DNA from: Chrysomallon squamiferum
Lineage: Eukaryota; Animalia; Mollusca
Reading direction: 5' to 3'
DNA: 64,000 nt
NCBI GenBank assembly: GCA_012295275.1
Contig: CM022672.1
Location: forward strand, 20,398,001 to 20,462,000
A program made the translations under genes and the position numbers. A model generated the notes under the pieces. The model was not told the origin of the DNA and searched no databases. It was given only the letters and a program-made list of their open reading frames with translations. Shown one piece after another: positions 1 through 15,700 of the stretch. How positions within the stretch are numbered: the first letter of the stretch is position 1; every line of letters starts with the position of its first letter.

Positions 1-3000
1 TCTTTTGATGTCAGAAATAAAGTGTTTGTTGAAAAAATTCTGAGAGCTGGGCCAAACATATCTGTTTACTTCATAAAATAGATTTAAAAAAAATTTAGCG
101 AATGTTAAAATCTGAAATATTTGCAGTTGGCAAAAAGAAAAACAATTTTATAAAAACAATAATAATGTTAAATAAAGAAAAAAGAAAATTAAAACAAATT
201 GTATTAGAAAAACAATGTAATTTATTGTTATAAATAATCTATTTCACTTGTACCCTAGTCCTGAAACTGACCATGAAGAAAAGCCTGCATCCCTACAATG
301 GACATTGCTTACTCAAGAATAAAAATATTAAAATTATCAGAAAATAATTCAAATAACAAACAAATAAATAAATAATCGTGAAAAAAAATAAAATAAAATA
401 TATATACAGATAATAAAGAATAAGGAAATTTGAAGATGAATAATGAATTATCCATGTGAAATTTTTCTATATTGCTTTAAAATTTTTTTGTTAAAACGTT
501 TTATATTTAAATAGATTATGTAACTAGATTTAAAGAGAAATTACAATATCATTACGTTAGATCTACAAGTTACAACATTATTGTTGTTTATTTATTTTTT
601 ATTATTTTATTTTATAACTTAATTTTTTTTTTTTTTTATACAAATCACATTGTATGATTGTTCAGAGGCTGTACCTAATCACTGTTTTAGTATATTAATT
701 TTACTTTTAGCGATTCATAACGCACTAAAGAAAAGGACAAACGTAAACGAAAATAATCCTAATACAGCTAATAAAAAATTGCAAAATTTGTTTTATTTAA
801 AATGCTCAATGATTTTATTCTACTCTTTTCACTTTAGCCATTACGATATTCTCTTATAACACAATAATAATGATTAGTCCAAATCAATATCCGAGTTTGA
901 ATTTTCTGTAGGACAGCAGCAGGACATCATTTACTTTATCAGCTGAATATACATGAATAATTATTATGTAAAAGAGAAATACGGTTTTAAACTACAAATA
1001 AATAAGCTTAGAATAAAACCAACAGGAAATAATAACTTGTAGATGCCTACTCTCAACACATTTCGCGAAACAGTAAAAATACAATACTCACTCGGATAGT
1101 ATCGGCTATTTCCGTAATTGCATTCGGAAGCTTATTTGATAAATTATATGGCCGTCTTCCAAGAATGGCATAAAAAAACCCCAACAAAACAAACAAACAA
1201 ACAAACAAACAAACAACAAAACAATCGCTTCATTGTTATATTCAGCATCATCGTACAATAAGAAGATATATCTATGTCAAAATACACTAACTGATCATAC
1301 AACAGTATCATAGTATCATTTTAAAGCTTTTAGATACGACAAACATTTACTTCAGTCTAAATATTTCAATCTGTAGTTATTTTTTATTTACTTTTTCTTT
1401 TTATTATGGATTTTTAATTTTGTTTATTTATTTATAACAATTTAATATTTAATTTAAATATCCAAATACGAAAAAACAGATGTCTACATGAACAATATAA
1501 CTTGAGAGAGAGATGTTTGGCCTTCATTTATTTACAAGTTGTATTGTTAAAATTAATAAATGAAGGCAAACACCAGTTTCAGTTTTCATAATTTTTATTT
1601 TTAAGTATACATTATACATTCATTATGTACAAAATAAATTAAATAGTTGAAAAATTATACTATAAAAAAACATTTTTTTTTTTTTTTATGAAATAGCAAA
1701 AAGTAAGATTAAAATATATTATAAATGAACACATCACAATTTATTACTCATTTAATTCAAACATATTCTGTAATATTATTTTGTTGTCAGTATGATCAAA
1801 ATATTAAATATCTATATCAATATCCTTGTTAGCTATAATTGTAAAAACTACAGTATTTCTGGTTTTATTCTCTCAAAAATAATATAACATTTCTGAATCT
1901 TCCAATGGAAAATACATTTTTTAACTTCTTGCCAAACTTTATAAAACAGGCATGGAGTGATCCAAGGCTTCAGAAGAGCAACATTATCGGAAGTAACTAT
2001 TTCAGGTAATGAATTTCTTTATAAATTAAAAATTAATTGGTAGGCAAATAACTGGAGAGTGCAGCCTGAGTCAGTGAATGTATTTCTATGGATCTGCATC
2101 TGACAATTCCACTAATTTACATATTTTTATTGTTAGTTTTTTGATTGACTGTGTGTTAGTTTTTTGATTGACTGTGAAAAACATTAATCAAGAAACAAAT
2201 ATATATCAAAAATCAAATATTTGATTATGTTATAATAAAAATGCTGTGTTAATAAGAAAAAAAAGAAAGAAAAAAAAAGTAAATCTGTAAAAATGGTATA
2301 AATGTCACATGGGCATATAATAAAAGTAATAAACAAGAAGCTAACAATTTCACCTCTCTCTCTCACACACACATAACAACAACACTAAATACAGTCTATT
2401 CTGTTTTGATAATATTTATAAAAAGGCTAAGAATAAAGGATTTAATATACAAATGTACACACCAAAGAAATGTTCAATTGTCATATATTAGAATGAGACA
2501 AAAATTATGAACAAATTAGTTTTCCTGCAGTATCTTAAGGCTCTTCATAGAATAATATTTATTTAATATTGCAAAAAGAACATAACAATATATAGTGTAA
2601 ATAATAACAACACTGTGCATTAATAATAATAATAGTTCTAATACTAAAATAATAATAATGTGAGAAAATTCCTGATATCATAAAAGTATTTAAAATGTAG
2701 AATAAAATATGAATTGTAAGTAATGGATTTTTATACACATCATATGATTTATTAATGTAAAATATTATCATATTGAGCTAATATTCTCTTAAAAACAGAA
2801 ATGAGCTTGAAAGAATTTATGTACTGTGTAAGTGTAAATATGTATGATAAAATATGTTTGTCATCAATGTATGTGAGTTGAAATGTAAAAGATAACTACA
2901 TGACAAATGTATAAACAATACTACTTTTTACTCATATCTGGTGACCATATTAGCATACATGAGTGTATTTAGACAAAAAATTCAGAAGTATTAGAAATAA

Positions 3001-3746
3001 AAAATCCTTGTGAGTCATTAAACATTCATTCATTAGAAATAAAAATTTCATAAAACAAAGACACATATTCTGGCAAGGTAATATCGCCAATGATAATCTG
3101 AATAGTGGTTTTACTAATTCTTTTTTTAAAACTTTTATTTAAAACATTGACAAAAAAGAACTTTCAATAAAAACAGCATCAAAAAATAAAATACAAACAC
3201 AAAACAACAACAACAAATCAACAACTAAGATTAAATGACTATCATTATCTGACAACCTTTTCAATCTGTCCACTTCAGCAGAAAAAAAAAATATACAAGA
3301 TTTTTTTCCACTGCTTAAGTAATTGTTTGTTTTCACATAACATCAACATCCAAGTGTAAAGTCACCATTACACTCCCCTAGAATGACATGGCCACATCTA
3401 AATACATTCCATTAGGAAAAGTTACAGTTTTATTTTGAACTACTGATTATATCTAAATTATGGGCATTGTTTTGATAAATAATCATACATCTATAATGGA
3501 AAGAATTTCATCAACTTGGTAAATTTTTATTCATTTGCTGTCATAATAGTGAAGCAATAAGGCCATCTTACACTGAAAAACTGGATTGGATTCCACAAAC
3601 CGGTGATATCAGTGAAAACAAGCAACAGGAACATCTCTCACTCTCTAAAAGGAACATCCCTAAAATGTCTAATCCTGAAAACACTGAATAAAGTACAAAT
3701 ATATTGTAAAATCAGTCTAAACTCTGTGGTATGTGATGTCTGTAAG

Positions 3747-6700
3747 TCACGTGGAGGCACTCACTGCTGGAATCATCAACTTTATTTTTTGTTGGATTAC
3801 AGAACGGCACATTGGGCATAATTCCAGTGGCTGGGAACACTTTAGACAACAGCAAACATGGCCACAGTTCAGGAATAAAATCTGAGACTGAAATAAAATA
3901 CACAGGATTAAAATTAAAGAATTTTTTTTTTTTATTTATAAAATTTTATTATCAGAAATATATATTTTTCATATAACTTCATTTTAACATTCTTGCTATG
4001 ATAACGAATATCTATATTATAATATAAGAACTTTAATGGTCTGAAATATTTTATCCAGAAAGGGCTGAAAATGTTTTATTTTGTTTTTATATATATATAA
4101 ATTATCTTATTCTGTTATTTCAGAAAATATTAATTATTTTTCATCATATTATAGCCTTATTCTCAGCTGGAAGTCTAAAAAAAAATATGATCATATGACA
4201 TTTCTCATTATATCATAGTGTATTAGACCATGTTTTATGTAAGAAAAATTTTGGACAAGTTTGGGTAAATTCTTTGCTACAAAACTTGCATCTAAATAAA
4301 CGAAAACACTGTTTTATAAAACTCACTTCAACTTCCATGCAGACAACACATTCAGATTTAATTCCCCTGGCCACAACTGAGATCTGTCTGGGTAGTTGAC
4401 CAGTAGTTGTGGATTCTGGAGGAGCAGATGGTTCTGGAGGTACTCTCGTTTCTTGTGGCTTAGGGGTGACAACTCCTTTGGAAGACATCTGTAAAATTAT
4501 CGCAGTTATATTACAATAAAAGATACATTAATGCTTTTCTTCCACCTCTTCTTTAAAATGGTAAATGGTAAAGGTGATTGAAAAACAGAAAAAAAAAGAA
4601 GATTTATGTTCCTTCATCACATCCAAAATTCTGCTTTCAACTGAAATTAATGCAGCTTTTTTTTTTTTGTTTTACATATATAAGGGAATTTCAGTTATTT
4701 CATATGTTCTTGAGCATTTTTGGATAAATAAAAGATCAAACCAATAAATGTATTTTATGTTTTGATTCATTTCAGAAGAAAGGTCACAGACAAAGATGCA
4801 GGGATCAAATATATTACTCAAATATTTAATTAAAAAAAAAAAATTAAAAAGTGAGAGACACTCAAATACAAACAAAACATTTACATTAGAAACCTGAGAC
4901 CAGTCTTCATCAACATTCTTAACTTTTTTCTTGGCCTGAAATTCTGAGATCTGGTTAAGAATGGCTTTGCGCAGACCAAGCTCATGGATACCCATCTGAA
5001 ATATTACAGTTAGCAAATAAAGATATAACCAAATAAATAATTACAAAAAATAATATTTATGGAATAATTACTTTTGGAAAGCAAACATCATTAAATAAAC
5101 AATAAAAAACCTTTTCTTTAGGTAAATGGAAAAATTAATTTTTTGTCAACAAATAATTGTATATCTTAATTTTGATATTAATTATAAATGTCAGTTATAA
5201 TTTTTTTTTTTATTACAATGACTGGATTTACCTTCGATAAAGAAGAAAATTAATTATGAAGTACTAGTTTAATCCGAAAACTGCTCAATAGGAACACAAC
5301 ATTATCTTTCATGTTTTGTGATATATCAAGATGTGGAACAAGCGTTACATATGTAGAAGTAAGGTTTTATTATTATAAATATAAAAAATATATATCTGCT
5401 TACCTGTTTCAAGTCACTGTCATTGAGTTGTATCATTGTTTCCTCTGTGATTCTGTTTCTAGCAAACACAGAGATATAGTCGGTGGCTTTGGCTCTTTGT
5501 AGGATCTTCACAACAGAAACGTCCAGAGTATTTTCCTGTCAAATCCAGCAAATGAAAGAATCTTTAATGATAGCTTAGTACAGATTTATATCCATGGCTA
5601 TTAAAGTCAGTAATGAGGATTTTTTTTGGTAGAAGTATGAACCATGGAACCCAGAGACAATACATTTCAGGATAGATGATCAGCAGGAAATATTTTATAG
5701 TTAACAATAATATATAAAAATAGATATCATAATTTTATTGCATATACTAAATTTTCTGTTAAATTTAGTTTATTCAAGTTTCAAACAGCTTCAGTACAAG
5801 TGATATTTTTGATATTTTCATAAGCTATTTCGCATTCATATATGGAACTTAATGAGGTTAACATGTTTGTTTAATTTTAAATAAACATTTTTGAAGGCCA
5901 AGCTAAATAAAATGAGTAATTAATTATTTAATATCCATAACAAATTAACTTTCTTAAAAACATTTTAAAATTTTATAAATGGTATATTTCTTCCCAGTTT
6001 CTAACGAAAAAATTAGTGCATATGAATATATGTGATTAATGTTTGGAAAAATAACCAGTCATACTTGTGAAGTATGTAATGTTAGAAAGTGAACTGGCCA
6101 TTACTTACTCTGTCAATGAGCATTTGTGGTTTTTTGTCCATCAAACGTTGATACTGAACTAACCAGTAATCAACCTGTCCATTTTCACGGCGTTCTTCCA
6201 TTTCACCCTTGAAAAGAAGACAACAGTTGATTATACAATTTAATCACTGAAATATATTTAGTTAATTAGATTGCACATTGAAAGATCAAACAGCAGGTAA
6301 AAAGTTCATTCCAGATCATCACTGAAAATAAGTTAAAAATAATTCTGTATCAGGCCATAACAATGCATCAACACGAGAGATTTGTTATCAATTAAACCTG
6401 TTTTTAAATATCTAGCTAGGGGACAGCTGTATAAAATCTCCGTGTATTTATGATAGTAACTTAAAGCAGCAATATGACAGATTTATATTATTATCAATTA
6501 AACATGTATAAATAACAAGTTAGGAGGAGAAAGCTGTATACGACCTCTGTTAACTTTTAATGATAACTAAATGCATCGATACAAGAGATCTAGGTTTTTA
6601 TCAATTTATAATTTATGTAAAAGACTGGCATTCAGAGATAACTGTATAATACCTTAATGCATCTACATGAAAGCTACGACTTATTATCAATCAAATAAAT

Positions 6701-9700
6701 CTGTAAATGACTGCAGTTAGGTGAGAGCTTGTGAATTTAATCATGTTACTGAATGATTACCAGATGGAACAATATACTGTATAAGTAAATGAATTATTAC
6801 AGGAACAAACAAAGACACACAATTAATTAATCACTAAATTACTACAGGAAGGAAAAGCATGTATTTTATACATACAAGTCTTGTCTTTAGTTCATCCTGC
6901 CTCTTTTCTCTTTCTTCCATCAGCTGACAAAGAAGTGCTGTTAACATCTGTCTCTTCTCCGCTGTCACATTCTGTAATATAAAATACATTTCATGTAGTA
7001 CAGAATTTTACTTCAAAGTGCTCATTTCTCATTATGTTAATTCATGTAAGTGTAGCAGAGACATATAACCTAGTGATTGAATGAGAAGGTGCATTAAAAT
7101 TCTTTCTGTAAAAATATATCTTTATCATAAAGATCCCTTTAAGTCTTTAACTGCAATGCACTTTATTTTGTTGTCACAGAAGAGAAATCTGAAATATAAT
7201 TAAATATTATTCTCAAGATCATATTTACAGCTTGTTATTATTATGTTTTTTAACTGGTATTGAAACCTAATGTTAAACCTCATCTCATAATACGATACTT
7301 TAGAACATATCTATACATCTGACCTCTGACCTATTTGTTTCTAACGGCTGTATAATAGCAGTTAGAAACAGGTTGTTAAACTGTTTTCTGAACCTTGACA
7401 AAATAACAAAACACTAAAGATATTCTGCGTATATTCAAATTCTCACTATTTCAGACTCCAGCCTGAGTGCCTTTTTCTCAATTTCAATTCGTGTTAGCTG
7501 CATGAGTTCTTCCTGAATGAGATCTATCTGTGAGGTAATTCGTTGGTGTTTTTCATCTTTCTGCATCTGAAGAACTTCAAATGCCTGTTTCTGCAAAAGC
7601 TCCTGAATAAAAGTTAATTATAAAATCAGTGTAGGATCCCTGTTGGGTATTCCCAGTTTTCTAAACATATTTAGTGACATTTAACAACTGGAATTTGTCA
7701 GTAAGTGTAGCTGTCGCAGTTGTGCTTCACAACAGCTTGCTCTGATTGGCACATTAATTTTTTCATTTCACTTCAGTGGTAATTATAATTTACTAAATAG
7801 TAATGAATACATTGATTCTTTCAAAATGTTATTAAACAATTTTATATACTTTTCAAATGATAGGTGTTGATAAACCTGGTGAAACTGATAACAGCTCAGT
7901 TGCCATCTTAAGAGAACTGATCAACTGATTCATTTTGTCATTAAAATATACCTTAACACTTAGAACCCAACAGCAGCCAAACATACTTAGTATTCTTCCA
8001 AATACAACAGAAAAGGCCAAGCAGGGAATTCATTCATTTTCTCTATCAAGGTTTAAAGAATTAAAGAAATCATATCCCATTACCTGTTCAGCCAATGATT
8101 TTAGAATCATCTTCTGTTCAGCCTCTTTATGATACAAGATGCTCTCAAACTGGTCATTACTTGTCAATGCATCACTGGAGAAAACAGCAAGACAAAATTA
8201 TGCTTAAATACGTAAATATAAATATAAATATATATTTTTTTTAAATATGTAATTTAAAAGGTTTATATATAGTTCTGAAATTAAGCTCAATTTCTGGTTT
8301 GTTTACAATTAACTTTTATAATTTAATAACGTATAGGTTTATTTATTATTATTGTCCTATCAGTTATCTTCATAAATGTCTTGGTTTATCATGAATTCAT
8401 GGTATTAACAGCTAAGGCGGAGGCAAAATAGCAAAAAAACCCCAAAATACAAAAAAACCCACCCCACTATGAATATTAAATAAATAAAAATATTCATACC
8501 TAACTGTACAATACATATATGCATTCATACACAGTAATCAAATAATACTTTTTTCAAGTCATAATATATTATAAGATATATAATATATGTTTAAAAATAT
8601 CAATGCATACTGAAAAAGGTATTTGTTAAAAATGATGATTTAATAAAAAAATAATGTAATTTAATTCAGCTACCTCTCAAGAGCTTTTTTAGCACTGTAA
8701 TGTTTGTCAGCTGAATACATCAGTCTTATTCTTTCCATGTTGTCAGAGTCTTCAAATATCTGGTGCATAGCATCTAGTAAAAAAAAGGTTTTGCAATTAA
8801 AATAATTTTCTCTCCTCCTCTGTTCTCATTTTAATTTTAGATGGTGAAGTTGAACAATAAACAAGTAAATTTATTACAAAACCAAAATCATTGAAGAATA
8901 TCTTTTATCCATTTGTCTTGTATTTGCATTTGTATTTATATCAGGTTCTGTCTCATAAGAAAATGATTATTGTTTTTATTTTTACAGATAGAGGTTATGT
9001 GATAATGATTAGTCTGTTATATTATTTTCTAAATGTTGTCAATCATGTGATATTCCTTATTTTCAGATTATTACTATTTCAGTCTTCATCTCAGTTTGTA
9101 TTCAGTATGTATAATAACTATATTGTTCTTGTTCCATTTTCTTCAGTATGTATAATAACTATATTGTTCTTGTTCAATTTTCTTCAGTATGTAATTGAAA
9201 AACATATGAACTCAGAAATGGAAATTTCTCATTTTAAACTTACTGAGAACTTCTTGTCTTCTAAGATTCTGTATTTCTTCCCACCGCACATCAAACCATC
9301 CATCCTTCTCCATCCTGAAATATATCATCAGTTTTAATGTTTATTTTATAAAGCATTAATTTTCTTTTAACCTCATCTGCTATAATGTTGATTTTATAAA
9401 ACATTAATTTTCTTTTATAAAATATTACATTTTTCCTTTCATTATCTAAACATTTCTTAAAATTTTTCTTCCAGATGGAATAAATAATGAAGAGCAGCAT
9501 CCAATTTTATCAGTCTCAAGACAAATTTTTTAAAATGTTCTTAAATATAATATTATATTTGCAATATAATAAAATACTGACCAGGAAATCATGAGGACAA
9601 AAATAAAGATGGTGACTGACAATTATCTATTCAGACAGATAAAATCAGATACATGAAATAACATCTTGGATTATTATGCCTCAGAGAAACACAGCAAATT

Positions 9701-12700
9701 TACTACACATCTTAGAAAAAAAAAAAAAAAAAATTATAAACCATTAAAAAAAAAGAAAAAAAAATTAAAAACAAATTATAAAAATATCTGATATATGAAA
9801 ATAATAAGAATACCTTTCTTTTTCTATTGCTTCTAGCAGCTCTTCATTTTTGCTGCTGACTTCATTCATATCTTTCATTTGTGTTACAAGATCTTCTGCC
9901 CTCCTTTCTGCTGGAATAAGAGAAACTACTGTATGTGGGTCTTTTAAACATGTAAAAAATATTAATTACATTGTTTATATACAACAATCTAGATATTACC
10001 AGAGGCAGAAATTTTTAATAAAGAGAAATGAAACATATATTAGTTGCTTTGACATTATCTTGGTTCTTGCTTACAGATTTTTCACAACCCAGTTTCAGTA
10101 TTCTGTCTGATGGGAGCTTCAGTTTAAATATGTTCCCTTCATTATTATTTATATATTTTAAACTTATTTACGTTATTAGTTTTAAAGAACATACATGGAT
10201 ATTTTTACAGAGACTGATGGGGTTTTTATTTTAAATATGCTCCATCACTATTAATGCACATATTTTAAACTTATTAGTTTTAAAATGACATGCATGTAGA
10301 TATTTACCTTTAGATAGCTTTTATGATAACAAAGCATTAAAACTAAGAATTAGATGTAGTGAATTCATAATATATAACATCAGGAAGCAAAAAAAAAAAA
10401 AAAAAAAAAAAAACCACTCTTTGAAAAACCAGGGAATATTGTAATATTTTTATTACCTTCTTCAAGAGCCTCAATTAACTTCTGTTTTGCTTCTTCCTTC
10501 CTACGAGACAGTTCTGCCAAACCTTCATCCATCTTTGCCTGGTCCTATGACAGATATGTAAATTTTAAAGTCTTAGCAAATAGTGAAAACTAACAAACTA
10601 ATAGTTTTTCTTTGCCAAACAAAAGATAAATATTTTTCAGATTCACAGTCAGAATTCAGATGTCTGTATTAATTTTTATTGTTTGTTGGTACCTGTGCGA
10701 TAGCATGCAACAAATGTTCTTTCTGGTTCAGTGATGATGTTGCTAACTGTGCCTGTGCCTCCCTTTCCTGTTCCAACATTCTCTCGAGTTCAATTCTCTC
10801 TTGTCTTTTCTTATCCTGTAATGATTATTACATCGCTGAAACACTGGGATCAATAAACAGTTAAATACCACACTGCTAACTTATATTTAGTGGTTATTTA
10901 AAAAATTAAACTTTACGGTGGATATAAGGTTGGTTAAATGAAGCTTTTCTTTACTCAGAGAAATTGTTACATATCATTTTGATGTTATGCAGTCTGATGA
11001 TTTTGGGACAATTGTTAAAATGAGAGAAACTGAAATGCATATTTATTTGTTTCTGTAGTTATTATAGAAAATATAATAAATATTTACCATGAGACTTTGA
11101 TGATGTTGTAGAGTTTCCTAAAATAGAAAAACACATGGATAAAAACAGCCAGAATACTGCTACTGAATATTAAGAAGCATTTATGTTATCATTATCTTTA
11201 CATCTTCAAATGATATATTATTATTATTATTATCACTATTTGTTTATTATAAAATAACTGAAAAGCACACAAATCCTGATAGCTGTAATAATTATTTAAA
11301 ACCAGATATTTGTTATCCTTCATATACACATTTTATAAAACATGGTGAAATTATGTCATATAAATTTTATTTCTGAAATGTATCTGTGACTAGAGGAACA
11401 AAGAGGCTGAATTCTTTTTGCATACTTGCAAAATAACAAGAATAAAGACAACAGGTTTGCATTTTTCTTTTTTATTCTCATAACATTATTTTGTATATAA
11501 GGATGGAGGAACAAAAAGAGGCTCCAAGCTTCCTCATGGATTTGTTTCACTACTGTTTACTTTATTATTACCTAAGGTTGGGTGTTCACTTACAAATAAA
11601 TCAATCATATCAGGTTGAAGCAAAAGGCAACAGCATTTTTTTTCATTTCATATATGAATGAAATATGTGACATACATATACATATTCTGAAGGTGAACAA
11701 AACAGCACATATATTGTTGAATATATATAATAACAAATATCTAAATATCTTAGAATTTTATTTGAAAACATTTGTTCATAACCAATATTTAGGTCATTTA
11801 TACATTATAAATTTTAAGAAAAATCATCTTTGAGTTAAAATCATTAACAGTTTAGGTAAAATCAGTACTTACCATAAGTTTGTTTTCTGCCTCAAAGGCA
11901 GTAGTGTGGTTTTCTGTTTTGTTGCTGGTGACCTTTGGTGGGTTAAGAACATTGAGCAAAAATGATGCAGGTGGTTCATACTGCAGACCAAGTTCTTCAA
12001 AATATGAAAAATACTCAATATCTTCAAAGGTGGTAAAGGTATTAATGAATGAATATTTATGTAACAATATCTCAAAATATTTTTACATATTCAGAAATCA
12101 TAATATGAAGTTTTTGTATAATAAAAAAAAAAAAAAAAAAAAAGAATTTAACTACAACTACACCATAACCTACTACTGTCTAGAAGAAATTCATCTAAAG
12201 ATACGCTTTCTCATCAGCAGAATAACGTATATCATTCACATTAAAACATCATTCACAGATCACAGGCTGAAGTCGTGGAAAAAAACCTGAAAGTGTTCTG
12301 CTGAGGGTTGATTCTGTGGGTCATGTGAAAAAGAAAATAAATAGAAAATCTCACCTTGACAGAAATATTTCATAATGCCTTCTGTACCCTGTTTAAGAAT
12401 CTCTGGAATATAATAATAATAATAATAAAATAAAAAGAAGAAAAACCAAATAAATATATTGCTTGGATTTATTACTAACTTACTAAGCATTATTATATTA
12501 CCATGCGTAAATACTATCTTCAGATAAATAAATAAATATGTATATTAGTTAATTATTTGACACTAAAGTTACAAATTTTACACAGGTTTATTCAAACACA
12601 ATACACAATTGACAAAAAACAAACAAAGAAACAGTATAATTTCAGATTTATTAAGTAGATAATATTAATGATTATGGAAAAATCAAAAAAATTTATAAAA

Positions 12701-15700
12701 CATAAAAAATCCTTTCAACAAAAAGAAAATTACTGTTTTAAGTATTTTAAATGCACATCAAATATAAATCTGTTTAGATTATAAAAATGGAACACATTTA
12801 ATATAAGGAACAAACAAATATATGCATTTAACAACCCGAACAAAAAAAACCCTTTAACTTAAGAATGTTACAATGAACCAGAAATTGAAAATGAACAGTG
12901 ATTTAAATACTGAGTACTGATTAAAAGATAAACCCATACCTTTTGAAGGAGAATTGAGTGGGTTTCCACTAAAAAGCAGAGACTCCAGTGTGCGTATGTG
13001 ACACAGTTTGTTTGGTAGTATTGTCATTTCATTGTGGGAAAGATCCAGAAGTCTCAAACATGGCAGCTGACACAAACTGTCTGGAATTGTTCTGATCTTG
13101 TTGTCTGCAACACATCAGAAATTAGTTTCATGTTAAAAATTCTGATTCAAAACCTTAAATAAATGAAATGTCTTTTTAGAATGTTTCCAGAACATTGACT
13201 GTGGCCAAAAAAAAAAAATACTCCTTTATAAGGTAATGCACTGAAATGTAAATAATTCAAACAATTTAATTGCCTGTTGTTTTTCTCTTCATAAAAATCA
13301 GAAATTAAAACAGAGCAGAGATGTTTTAAAATAAATAAATAAATAAACAAAAATTATAATTATTTATCGTTACAACCAATGTGTGGAATAAAATACTTAA
13401 ATGCCTTCTTCACTGTATAATTTTTTTTTTAAATCTACAAAGAACACTTAAAATGTGTTTCATCATGAGGAAATGCAGGCTAAAGTGCACATATTAAAAA
13501 AACAAAAAACAGTTCTGATTGTTAAATAATTACTGAAATATTAGTTCACTCTTTTGGAATTCCCTATCAATGAATGTGAAAGTGTGGTGTTTTATCCAAA
13601 ACTGATTGTTACCCCAAATATCAGAAGAATGAAATAACTAATATTTTAGACAAGTGTGACTGAAATTCTTTTGAGGAAGAAGAAATAAAAATAAAATAAA
13701 GTGACTGAGATGGAAAACTGAAAATCATATGTGGGCTGGAGTTCAAAATAACTGATTGTGTCTTTTGCTGAATTTTCCTATGCAGTGCACATATGATTAA
13801 GCCTGTTTCACAAATAATTAACAAAAATGTTTAAACAAAATTAAAAAATTCTAAAATAATGACAACATTACAAATCATCACTGACTGAAACTTTTCCTGC
13901 TTACCTTTCACATTGAGAGTCTGCAAGCATCGTAAATTTCCTATTGAGTCTGGTATTTTACGAAGCTTATTTCTTTCTGCATTTAAAATCTGAAATCAGA
14001 AAAAATGCTTATTTAAAAAAAGAACAGTAATTAAAATAATTTTCCATATTTTCTAAAAATAATCTGGCTGATGATGGAACTAAAAAAAAACCATACAAAC
14101 CCCAAATAAAAATGAACAAATAAAACAAACATGGCTGTTTAAGTGTGTATATGAATGAGTGAATGAGGACCACAATGAAAAAATATGAAATGAATATATG
14201 TAATTGATACTGCAAAACTATATTCAGTGTTAAATTTTTTATCACATGAGAGGATACCTGTATTCTGTGTGCTAGTCTTATGTTAACAATAAGGGTATTT
14301 AACAAGCATGGATCCAAGAATGAAAGACATATATTTGTAAAACCACTGCTAGGGAAAGATAAATAAAGTTAAGTACAGAATCTAACCTGCAGATTCTCCA
14401 AATCTCCTATTTCTTCAGGCAGTGATTTTAACTCATTATTGTGAAGATCTAGAACCTAAATAAAATAATAATAATAATAATAATAATAATATATATAGAA
14501 AAATAAAAAAAAAAAAATTGAAAATGAATTTAAAACAAATTAAATGTTTTTATTCTATTTTTTTTTTTTTTAAATTAAAAACAATTTTATGAAAATAATA
14601 AGGCATCTTATTGTTTTCCCCTGAATTTGTCACTTTACTCACATTTTATAACCATAAAATAAAACATACACGAATATTTTAAGAGTGCTAAGAGATAAAC
14701 TACTTTGAGGTATGCAGATAACAACTTAGGCAAGAAAACACTGTATTTAATAAACTGTTACATATTTATCATATTTTACCCGCAGAGTCTTGAGATCAGC
14801 AAGTTTTCCTCCGCCAGATACAGAACTCAGCCAGTTGTCATTAAGTAACAAAGCCTGAAACAAAAATAAAATCAAAATAATTACAATTTGATTTTTTGAT
14901 GTGCATGTGTTGATCCAGGGAAGTTTATTGAAGATGTCTACACAAGTTTATAAAAAAATATTATTACTATTATTTTTTTTTTGATAAGGAAATATTTCTT
15001 GATATCTCCTTGTTTGAATTTTGGATATGCACTCCAGTCATAACCTTCAAAAATCATTAATCATTGGATAATTCATATAAATTAGTAAATCCTAATTAAT
15101 TTTAAGCTAATTACACATTATATTTATAATTACTGTTCCATCTGGAATTTTGATAAAAATAAAAATAGTTATTTGCAAATACTCCTGTAGTGATATTAAT
15201 TATGCCCATGATACACATCCTTGAATAGTTCTTCATATTAACATGTGCTACTAATGATCCATATAATCTAGAATGTTCTATGTATACATTTAACTGAACA
15301 GTTCAACTCACTTCTTTGTGCAGAACTCTGCATGTAGCAAACACACCAGAAGGAACCTAAAACACACAGAAATAAAATTATCATTCTTATTTTTTGTGAA
15401 CACAAATTATTATCATATTTTTTACACTGAAATAATGACTATTTTTAAACATACAGCATATCTAATAATGTTTTATTATTAGTAAAGAAATGATATACAA
15501 GTTTACTAACTGTATTAGCTTTTTTCAGGTAAGGTTTTGCAAGTTGCAGTAAAGAACAACAAAACATTAATTTAAAAAATAAATTTATATGCTCACATCT
15601 TGTAATTCACAGTTTGACAAATCATATGTTGGTTCAGGATTCTCTGTAGCCTAAATGAAAGAACAGAAAAATAAAATAATAATAATGTGTGTGTGTGTGT

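Noticed and set aside
250-1170. GC-richer patches (possible 5' end of a leftward gene, e.g. MMSCCCPTENSNSDIDLD* near 875-930)
   Set aside because: No consistent donor/acceptor chain or recognisable protein could be built within the window.
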